A stretch of DNA of 64,000 bases from a virus, in the IMG/VR virus record IMGVR_UViG_3300008227_000003, positions 149 through 64,148 of that record; one strand, given 5' to 3'. The translations under genes and the position numbers were made by a program. Every line of letters begins with the position of its first letter. The stretch's first letter is position 1. Positions 13,601-19,326 of the stretch are shown piece after piece. The notes beneath the pieces were generated by a model, which did not search any database, had not been told where the DNA came from, and worked only from the letters and a program-made list of their open reading frames with translations.

Positions 13601-13723
13601 ATAACGATCAAACAGATTACGGAACACCGAACGGTTTGTATCGGTTTGTAACACTTCAGGTAAAGAAGTATACAGATCTAAATGAGGTTTTGTGTAATCA
13701 GTGTTTGTTGTTGAATTTGCCAC
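4616..13723 (-). CDS. Giant baseplate wedge-associated protein (~3035 aa; gp7-position)
   Basis: ORF track 4616..13801; preferred start GTG 13723 (SD GGAGA, downstream of late promoter); follows gp6; repeated beta-barrel modules and W-Y-D repeats. Confidence 0.8.
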   Translation of the reverse strand: MANSTTNTDYTKPHLDLYTSLPEVLQTDTNRSVFRNLFDRYLTKQETQTVAGYIGEGNRNAIQPRQIHEPDVHRQGYQLQPVIHTKVGSIEHMASWKDIQGELTRSGIDMEEFGEWGRTVQLNWVPPIDIDKAIHYQDYYWYDDETPNSKPEYITIRSRCTTAIANANFWQLLNDEFGSEIPVSKLLPVDDMSAYPSYDVLSVVSSSNSIVVRGDATASLKSKEFFDLNGTSYNNGTHQILVSPVYNATSNTTTITVTPGTISVDEVIGVLYQRKFDKIVLAGDYLRLFDPNFVFFFRESTNLDLNDTFWVVVESTHDKFANETTIQINTTTTDNRPSGVVSLEEQLNFYLAERDCQCTGSVGWDLLQWDDNMDTPLWDNSPGSSEDPINHATLLATISQIGPPSGAPVGIPMWYDTEADVVYQYQDTPTHTGWNILWNKFSKLLSQTNGFALWDFTPGCGVLSVIESADQWVKDNKWLHKSDIPSFSIAKQAQFPIIEYDWDLELNEWSYTETSWKYRQDKFSLFVETDAKPSLLELQPLDKWERQVVDGIEEIVFDERYGDLTEVFPAGSKFQSADVPVIFNVVSSVYKTPADGMPIQTRMVISEVISIAGLLPGELSTDRPSTTAFHPYRTANGDAWKTYGEHWLYNGTKATLPVTHQPVNPETLLANTLVPTEHPLGYEYISSYAVEQYTITTQDDIDVFELHTTLLPGTQRPLTRRALAGHNDIRVYINDIREYGSYDELVDNTMEITGVTSIDAGAGVDSWVVAGAVGDSIQVGDEVLIAENAGLGGNGTYDVIGVSGNIITVDHSTTPIPSTAVDSGALSNKTTPITSVGSHSYVRGIQFTPGYGPGKYDELRIEVGEATISGYGNSVVPIRTIVDNLDYIASGDDITSIVDYRLVEQVKSGSNQYPLFDIYKADGTAAMRANPIFGFATSPDADVNPSIGLRIVADYDQRIFTFDQFLVDEDGGEVYAFRDYSNVKYDFWFNSTTNEVFFWSGIQWSTKTFMSEYYREAVVSSIEPSTEEQAINGLYWFDTLAMQLFIRNTATATWDLVNNVDIRTTDNTIQSIWRQGLNQEEYIPSKVDWLKRTEAEYNTEKSLYVDIRYDEIVAADNTITVIEAEEQADADWGASQSNHISLNGDWVGDWEIPDPLYYNHMHENRKIITTRELLTHFTTIIGAQEKLPGYTGPEEGMFHLIPTGDVNYGLGGTIHEYGDSFDTLLSAVFVNNVTPRSLIEFGHDQYESLLNNLKEIYREGAIDYMVNVTDEAILNFSTYVTEQVIAAHETADFLNVVCGDSSVHNEDANLGMRNWIITLPYMSMLTKRTPERLIDIDLGINQVVHHDGHRNDYFLTRATSENIIRSVLVAPDDRTRFPTPADDPLDTFGRISTDLPPNTIADFGAIFNTTVLGREGVYWYHVDGTSRVLYRLVVAGAGPDEPSSALDDGTLWLDLNGGSEVLRSKTTHGITGVVEWLPVPGVSVGDGRLHNGADPSDMTTATVSAWAVVNLDVALGDVIYSVEQQLYDNVPDANALRYDTSILRDIDPTVYDSHRRDTFNDHVTQREISSPLVNSDYSSTDPFTWNYKYSTPGVGVGLLDADEQSNTFSVAGDMMVLFDPCTQGGFCPSTVSFFVKNSDGNDGSWTTIQSTLGSPAAVYDNIGDITTIVIQEPVVNGTSGVVYTGQLPCSANDGSESGGDWREYYQSVYGTPYPHMEPWVLQGYVDKPSWWDSQYVNDDIAQWGDRRWKYKHGFEIDGIDLVDDAFYISGDFRNILTTGQQFTLADTPNGTYDASFTVANMSSVSDVTLGVEGSATISIPNNQTSTLTVGTRFTTTNASNTITGLYTVGAAVYTGSPAYLTIITVDEEIVDATGLDKISGITYDPVLNRTKLRIIDDLTVNVFGGRLLQHHGMWENIRIGRIPAGETYSNGIVSVTGNPAADYSLYNIRTPTIPTYNYFSVNIDNVDIVGDSRVYTPDSVFPPYFNHTTHYSTSVPVFDLAVRTIFTNFSVEIVSPGANYSFGDVGPVEWDWINASQYLYDQLTIAYRMDPMRYTADTFGIDTYDVAGVGIDVTSLRPVAHNRTTFHGEVAGSELFEINGTNQWYVNFNRFNGYDANYADFRSMWTTWTAPLTYQFATFVDTPSLDVGHRFVDISEFDYSISAKRAPGVEDHWYDAFDVHVTSIPPALQRYDNQLDWGLEIHTNLDISRDIEYYDVRNYQFYANKTNDVMTIYTWEIRAVDGYNKTFKITGNQTHLFEAGGIFIVADSTSNDDTYEVASSVYNIQDNTTIITIDVVIPGFESDGTITLLYRSLPWATGDVVYLSTIEKLPYPLTERSGGGLIPYFVIVDDTINFRLAASYENAMLGINLPIIDNGRQDHFVGELRSTFISNGGLRTDNLWRHYELDKSAVRRFSTPHQIQGMQTLVDIIDGYDVLTYDTGWRVNEDNTAVDPDTSRPMGWQVELERFIDYAHQLRTTAHQTVNKYSVSVDVGTNVLTLIDRELTWVTGDAVNMFSSNGTYPAPFTRKTPYYIIRDTPTTIRLAATKGEANNGVSINVTSIVGVEQLQIGITRSQDYARHQEINPTRGSVWFRPKRGIISNVLTGPSQDTRTSNLIFDQNGKPIKASNLRVFREDHVTKMSVIQDVNDEVLISEINPYTLLHFGGMHLFIDAYEHVLRFNNYTSEGALIYDPFIGLNVTKYEMLYNRQLEFTERPNMGGYYMHTFFNQGADLNRNIESSVEDIRNMYDTHTVLESSKITTAGRKSLGYDGTREYLDNLNLHAKSQFLFWRGAIQTKGSQTSMQAFVNSRRFIDAELDDFWAFKLAEFGSSYEKEYPELFITTEDARSNDIRLQFVDDTDFCIPGYDRNVYDKEDCGYAFPDTGDAVLLADATFTPVRITDSDRWFHQPDQLGVLRNNGLNMHFELKPTVKTDIFMSELPLAVTGSSTTSVRGSDYMTFVVAGEHTIAIDTFIAIRNLPLAAENTEYLVIQSTAGGGITSVVVDISPFTPSATAASLVIGPSINAQGGWIIPDDVAI

Positions 13724-13758
13724 TACATATATCTCCGAATAATGGTTATTATATGTGG

Positions 13759-13766
13759 TATTTATC
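13759..13766 (-). promoter_or_regulatory. Late promoter GATAAATA
   Basis: ATAAATA core upstream of the giant gene. Confidence 0.6.
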
Positions 13767-13817
13767 AATTGGCAACTAAGCGAAAAACTAGCACCCAACA
13801 CAGCTGGTTAAAGATGG

Positions 13818-13845
13818 ATTGTGGCACCGTTAACGGTGCCACAAT
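13818..13845. repeat. Perfect 28-bp palindrome (probable terminator/processing hairpin after gp6)
   Basis: ATTGTGGCACCGTT/AACGGTGCCACAAT, 8 nt past the gp6 stop. Confidence 0.7.
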
Positions 13846-13853
13846 TCGATTGG

Positions 13854-16800
13854 TTATTGCGTTTGGCGAATGTTTACAGACGTGTACGATTGGACGATCT
13901 CAATATCGGATGTGTTGATATCCGGCATGAACATTTCATCCTCACGCGCTTGTATTTGAAACAAGTCACCAAATTGATTCTGAGCATATGTCGGAACCAA
14001 CACAACAGAGTCTATCTCAGGACCTAGATCCGCATGAATACTGGCTGCTAATTCAGTAAAGAAAAACGTCTCACCAAACTCCCAATCATCAAGGTCGAAG
14101 AATTGACGTACCCGCTCCACGATCCGCACCTTCACTTCGTTGTCAGTTAACGATGACGAAACAGGACGAATGACTTTGAATAAAGTGCGCAGTTCCGGTG
14201 TCGATCTTGGACCGAACATAACTTTAAACACACCCGGATGCAAGATAACCGTGTCGGATATCATAGCGTTGCTGAGAAGAGACGCATACGATGTACGCAA
14301 GTCCAGTGGTGTTGGCGCGACAGCGACGACCGAAGATTTGTTTTCTAACCATCGTTTTGTTGCTGAGTAATACCCTCTAGTGATGATAAACATATCCATG
14401 ATGTTGGATGCTGTTGGATCAACCAGATGAAAACGTGGTGTTGTGTGGAACCATGCAAAATTCAACGGAAAGCGACCGTTGTGTCTCTTGTATCGTTGCT
14501 CATCCCCAATCTTCTCAGTATCCAATGCCCACAGGGTTTTTATTTCATTTGTTGGTGTCACCGGTACCCAAGCATCTATCGCCGACTCACGTTTAAAATA
14601 CACATAATCGACGAAAGATATTTCGATATCATCCGCACCAACCAACGAGTGGCCGCTGTTTGCTAATAATTGATCATCGATAACAACCCGATCTATCAGT
14701 ACCGCATTACCAGAACTTGGTGCTTTTTTTAACTGAGACGCAGCAAATGTCAACAACTCACCATTCAACCGTAGTGCTATTTCTGTGTCAAGGGTATTTG
14801 TTGATATGATCCGTCTACCATTCGGGAGTATGATCGTTTGTACTGGATCATCCGTTGGTTCTTCCGATACCAACCCACCATCAATGTATTCTTGGTACGT
14901 TTTTTGGGATAGAGCGTCAAACAGAGCCGCTTGTAGCAGGTTATCTGGGATACCATCATTATTAATATCAACTGGTAGTATGGACAATCGATGAACATCT
15001 GGTAAACCAGCATTCGGTAAGTTTTGCTCGACTAATTCCTGACCAACAACAGTAAAATCCCGATTTTCCCCCAACACACCAGTTCCATCAGCATTCACAT
15101 TCGCTGCCAACACCACCACAGTGTCTAGGTTTGAGTTTAGTGTATCGAAATTAACAACAGAATTTGTTGTATTTGTGTGCCAGAATTTTGTATCAATGCT
15201 TTGTGTTATTAAGCGTCTAGTTCGCCATTTGACTTCCCATCCGGATAAAACACTGCCAGAGAAATTGGCTTCGATACGCATCATCCACACAGATTCAGCG
15301 GCACCCGCAACACACCCATCAATAATAGGAGGATTATGCGGTGGCAACGATGTTTCCAGATCACACGCGTGCCCAACAGGACCAACCCCAACTGTCCACT
15401 CATCGTACGTGATTGAGTAAAACAAATCGACGACAGGTGTTGTTGTTTGTGCAGTATCCAACGCAGATATAATAGATAACAACTCATTGTCGTTTACGTC
15501 AAAGCTATATGGGTCATTGGTGAATGAGCAACGCAAGTCACTCGATTTTGCGCCACGAGCCTCCAAAATCGGGCCCAACGTAGCAAAGAAATCAGTACTA
15601 CACAACAGCGGCTCAATATAGTTAGTTAACAATGCAGAAGACGTAATGCCAGTACTAACGACTGTCAGTCCACCAACATTAGGATCTTCTTCATTCCAAT
15701 ACAACGCCATATCATCCCCAAAGATTTTTACATCTTCGTAGTACTCTTTGGGATCATGCCACGCAATGTACTTTGAGTCACCAGCAAAAGTTCTATTCGT
15801 TGTGTGTAATTTTAATATGGATGGATCTTGCAACATGAACGTGTTGTAATCACGTCCATTTACCATACGATCTTGCGTGTAGTAAATCGAAGGTGCAACA
15901 CGTCTGATGTGTTCGAGATCTTCGGAAGGGGAGTTATTCTGTAATGCGCTAACCAACGAAAAGTTGAACGATAGCGTTTGAACGGTATTTGTACCATCCA
16001 AGTATGTTACAGAAGCTGGTTGATCAACGACAGCGTTTTTCGGAATAGATACATCTTCATTCGCTGATGTGCGATACCAAATATCAAACGGACCACTAGG
16101 GATGTCCGAGAACTCACCATCACCAAAGATCAACTGAACTTTATCTTCATCCAGCGTCTCAACTTCATATTTGTGACGATTTTTGTTGGTGTTGAATAGT
16201 ATGTTCTGAGCATTCGCTAGATCAACTTCAACCCACTCACCATAACGCAAATCCGCTGCAACCAAATGTGGCAATAGTCGTGCATATGGATCATTTATCA
16301 CAATTTCACGAGAATCTGGTTCAACTAAGTTGACCCAAATATCTGTATCATTTATGTCAGCATCTGTTAGCTGGTGCGTTTGGTTGGGTGTGACCCCATC
16401 GAAGAAGCTTTCTTCGACACGAATTTCACCCTGCTTCGTATACAGGAAGAACCCCGTAGTATCCGAGCTATCACCCAACCCATCCGTACCATACAACAAT
16501 GACATTTTTGCATTTCGTTCAGGACGACGTTCCGATGGACCATCAGATGCTAACTGAACGGGCGTTAATTCCATTGGTACGGATCCAGTTACCGCGCTGG
16601 CGGAATACTTAATAAACGAACCTGGTGCAGATCCAGCCGATGTATTGTTCCACGTATATAACTCAAACAACACATCTTCAATTTGTACACGCTCACTAGG
16701 AGCAACGGTACCAAAGTCTTGTTCCAATACCCTATTCATAACCAACAGGAATTGTTCTTTCCAATCGGGGTTATTGCTATCATCCCAACTGATACTACGA

Positions 16801-17201
16801 CCAGCTAAGTTTCTTCCAGCTGAATCAATAACTGTTTCAGTTGTTTGAATTGATGACAACTTCACCAACCCACGAGCTGGTATATTACGCGAAGCCTTGT
16901 ACGATAACAATTTAGCTAAACGCAGCACACTTTCTTTTCGCTGTGCGGTGGTTATGAAGTTCTCGTGCGCATTCAAGTCAATCCGATACGCCAACAATTC
17001 TGCAGCATACGCGAATAACTCCAATATGGCTATGAATTCCGAACTCTCGATGTAATCATTGAAGTCTTCTGGGAAGTATAACTTCATGTAATCCAACAAA
17101 CTCTCTTTGATTGTATTAAAATCAAACGAATTGAAGTTTATCTGTGAAAATACTTCGTGAGCGCGTTCCCAGCTTTCCGCTCTGCTAATTTCTCTTGCCA
17201 T
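13854..17201 (-). CDS. gp6: Baseplate wedge subunit gp6-like (1115 aa, enlarged)
   Basis: N-term DFNTIKESLLDY...DFNDYIESSE..AILELFAY...ENFITTAQRKESVLRLAKLLSY; YEVETLDEDKVQLIFGDG; QDRMVNGRDY; adjacent to gp25. Confidence 0.9.
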   Translation of the reverse strand: MAREISRAESWERAHEVFSQINFNSFDFNTIKESLLDYMKLYFPEDFNDYIESSEFIAILELFAYAAELLAYRIDLNAHENFITTAQRKESVLRLAKLLSYKASRNIPARGLVKLSSIQTTETVIDSAGRNLAGRSISWDDSNNPDWKEQFLLVMNRVLEQDFGTVAPSERVQIEDVLFELYTWNNTSAGSAPGSFIKYSASAVTGSVPMELTPVQLASDGPSERRPERNAKMSLLYGTDGLGDSSDTTGFFLYTKQGEIRVEESFFDGVTPNQTHQLTDADINDTDIWVNLVEPDSREIVINDPYARLLPHLVAADLRYGEWVEVDLANAQNILFNTNKNRHKYEVETLDEDKVQLIFGDGEFSDIPSGPFDIWYRTSANEDVSIPKNAVVDQPASVTYLDGTNTVQTLSFNFSLVSALQNNSPSEDLEHIRRVAPSIYYTQDRMVNGRDYNTFMLQDPSILKLHTTNRTFAGDSKYIAWHDPKEYYEDVKIFGDDMALYWNEEDPNVGGLTVVSTGITSSALLTNYIEPLLCSTDFFATLGPILEARGAKSSDLRCSFTNDPYSFDVNDNELLSIISALDTAQTTTPVVDLFYSITYDEWTVGVGPVGHACDLETSLPPHNPPIIDGCVAGAAESVWMMRIEANFSGSVLSGWEVKWRTRRLITQSIDTKFWHTNTTNSVVNFDTLNSNLDTVVVLAANVNADGTGVLGENRDFTVVGQELVEQNLPNAGLPDVHRLSILPVDINNDGIPDNLLQAALFDALSQKTYQEYIDGGLVSEEPTDDPVQTIILPNGRRIISTNTLDTEIALRLNGELLTFAASQLKKAPSSGNAVLIDRVVIDDQLLANSGHSLVGADDIEISFVDYVYFKRESAIDAWVPVTPTNEIKTLWALDTEKIGDEQRYKRHNGRFPLNFAWFHTTPRFHLVDPTASNIMDMFIITRGYYSATKRWLENKSSVVAVAPTPLDLRTSYASLLSNAMISDTVILHPGVFKVMFGPRSTPELRTLFKVIRPVSSSLTDNEVKVRIVERVRQFFDLDDWEFGETFFFTELAASIHADLGPEIDSVVLVPTYAQNQFGDLFQIQAREDEMFMPDINTSDIEIVQSYTSVNIRQTQ

Positions 17202-17236
17202 ATTAAAAAATACCTTGTGCTATAATGTTCTGTGCA

Positions 17237-17244
17237 TATTTATG
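17237..17244 (-). promoter_or_regulatory. Late promoter CATAAATA
   Basis: Intergenic, upstream of gp6. Confidence 0.65.
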
Positions 17245-17253
17245 AATGCTCGT

Positions 17254-17634
17254 CTATCGACCTTCGAACACTATATTCAGTGTCAATCTATCGGTCATAT
17301 TCAATTCAACGTAATACAAATCAGCAACAACATTGATTGCATTGTTCTCATGATCAGGAATGACTTGTAGATTTAGAGTTCGCACTCTAGGGTCAAAATC
17401 GAACACAGCCGTCAAATCGTCGGTTATGATGTCTATAGTAACGTCATCGAGTGGTTCGAAAATCATCTCGGGGATCCGAGTACCAAATCTCGGCATCATC
17501 ACCCGCTCACCTTTCTTTGTGTATATGTGGTTTAGTAGATCAGTTTTCACCAATTCGTAATCCCTGGTCCGAAATTTCTTTCGGTGACCAAATTCACTTG
17601 ATGAAAAACCTGTGTATAATCCTCGTGCTAACAT
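17254..17634 (-). CDS. gp25: Baseplate wedge gp25-like (GPW/gp25 family)
   Basis: DLLNHIYTKKGERVMMPRFGTRIPEMIFEP...FDPRV; 126 aa; SD GGAGG. Confidence 0.92.
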   Translation of the reverse strand: MLARGLYTGFSSSEFGHRKKFRTRDYELVKTDLLNHIYTKKGERVMMPRFGTRIPEMIFEPLDDVTIDIITDDLTAVFDFDPRVRTLNLQVIPDHENNAINVVADLYYVELNMTDRLTLNIVFEGR

Positions 17635-17658
17635 AATTGCACCTCCATACCGTATTTA

Positions 17659-19320
17659 TTAACGGTGCCAGTTATCATTTCGTGATAAATCAAATCCACG
17701 CTCAGTCCTATTCACACTAGGCGAAGTATACGAGAACTCAGCAGCTCCCTCATGGGTATTACCACTATTTTTGTCAGTTACTCCCGGTTTGGTCATCACT
17801 CTAGCCCACGGTTCGTGTTCTGGTACTCGGCTCGTAAAAAATGCTTGAAATTCCAACGCAGGTTCAGCAGCGATAGCAGGTGTCGGTGATTGTGGAGACC
17901 CGCCCGATCCCAATTTAACCTGCCCACTATGTTCTCCACTACCTGGCGGTGCTGCAATTGAACTCGTATTCGCTACGATATTTGCCGTAGTTACAGCACC
18001 AACAACATCCAGCGTCGCACCAATTTTGGTAACCGCAGATATCGACGTTGTTGGTGTTGTTACTGCTACAGATGAAGCAGCTGTGATGTTTAAGACCGCT
18101 CCTGTTTGTATAAAGATATCAGCGACACTTTTTACGTGAATCTTCGCATCGGATTCAACATAAGTGTTCTTTACCGAATGTTGACGAATGTTAGTTTCGG
18201 ATCTAATGTGTAAATCCCCACCATCCCGACCCTTGTTGTGCATTCTAATCTCATCATCACTCTCAAGATGTATACCATTCTTAGCTTTCACTCGAAATGT
18301 ATTTCCAGCAGTGAAATTGATGTCATTCTCCGCATTGAAGGATATGTTGCGATTCGCATAAACATCAATATTACCTTTTTCGTCCATCTCTATCCACGTC
18401 TTACCATCTGGTGTGCTAACGTAGATCCGCTCGTTGGTATCATCCAGGATTATTTGATTACCATGTGTAGTTTTAAAACGAATACGACAATTATTTGCGG
18501 AATCATCCATTGATACCGCGTGAAATCCAGGAGTTGTCCAAGAGTACACCTGTGGATCGTAATTCTTACCATCTGTCTCGGTGTATCCTAAGTTACGAAC
18601 AACTCGGCTTTCTTTGTATCCATTGTGGTGGTTGGTTTGTGTTCCGTCCACTTCCGGTATAACATCTTCGAAATTGTCATCCCCCACGGATACTGGTCCA
18701 GATACTGGATCCGATACCAACTCATCCCGAACGGAAGCTACCGAGTAGTCCGATCCACGAGATATATATTCAGGGGACGTGGTGTGGTCTCCCCCTGCAC
18801 CAGGAGCACCAGGAACTATGACACTAGCAACATCAGGTGAAAATGATTTTTGTTGGTGAGTGCTAATGGGCTCTATAGCCCCCTCAGAGCTAGTCAATGG
18901 CCCAGTAACGTTAGCGGTTCCTTCCGAAATGTACCGTCCATGTGGCAATGTGTGTGTCATGAATTGTGGGTGCACACACCCCATCCAAATACGAAATCTG
19001 GGATCACCATCAATGCAGGCGATCAAGACATGCGATCCAACCTTTGGTATGTTCCACATGCCATATGCAATAGGACCCTCAGATGTTTGACCATCACGTC
19101 CCCTCTCGGTTGTCTCGGTTATACCACCTAACGGTGACATTGCCGTTGCCCACGGAATGTTCTTCATCAAAGCTTCAGTGTTATCACCCATTGCATGACA
19201 TAGCACCCGCACTCTACCCATTTGCTGTGGGTCATTCGTGTCCACAACTTCACCTATCGTGATATCGCGATACAAATTACTATCACCCGATCCAACACGA
19301 GCATCATCAAACATTACCAT
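17659..19320 (-). CDS. gp5: Central spike gp5/VgrG-like (OB fold + beta-helix, no lysozyme domain)
   Basis: GEVVDTNDPQQMGRVRV...PWA...PKVGSHV; HAVSMDDS...GNQIILDDTNERIYV...WIEMDEKGNI. Confidence 0.85.
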   Translation of the reverse strand: MVMFDDARVGSGDSNLYRDITIGEVVDTNDPQQMGRVRVLCHAMGDNTEALMKNIPWATAMSPLGGITETTERGRDGQTSEGPIAYGMWNIPKVGSHVLIACIDGDPRFRIWMGCVHPQFMTHTLPHGRYISEGTANVTGPLTSSEGAIEPISTHQQKSFSPDVASVIVPGAPGAGGDHTTSPEYISRGSDYSVASVRDELVSDPVSGPVSVGDDNFEDVIPEVDGTQTNHHNGYKESRVVRNLGYTETDGKNYDPQVYSWTTPGFHAVSMDDSANNCRIRFKTTHGNQIILDDTNERIYVSTPDGKTWIEMDEKGNIDVYANRNISFNAENDINFTAGNTFRVKAKNGIHLESDDEIRMHNKGRDGGDLHIRSETNIRQHSVKNTYVESDAKIHVKSVADIFIQTGAVLNITAASSVAVTTPTTSISAVTKIGATLDVVGAVTTANIVANTSSIAAPPGSGEHSGQVKLGSGGSPQSPTPAIAAEPALEFQAFFTSRVPEHEPWARVMTKPGVTDKNSGNTHEGAAEFSYTSPSVNRTERGFDLSRNDNWHR

Positions 19321-19326
19321 ACGTTA

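Noticed and set aside
13724-13801. Longer upstream starts given by the track (also 22726, 23282, 24665, 28746, 43827, 44220, 57961)
   Set aside because: They extend across promoters or upstream genes; downstream starts have SD or coupling support
13830-17670. 12-mer TTAACGGTGCCA shared by the palindrome and the gp5 stop region
   Set aside because: Single 12-mer matches are expected by chance many times in 64 kb
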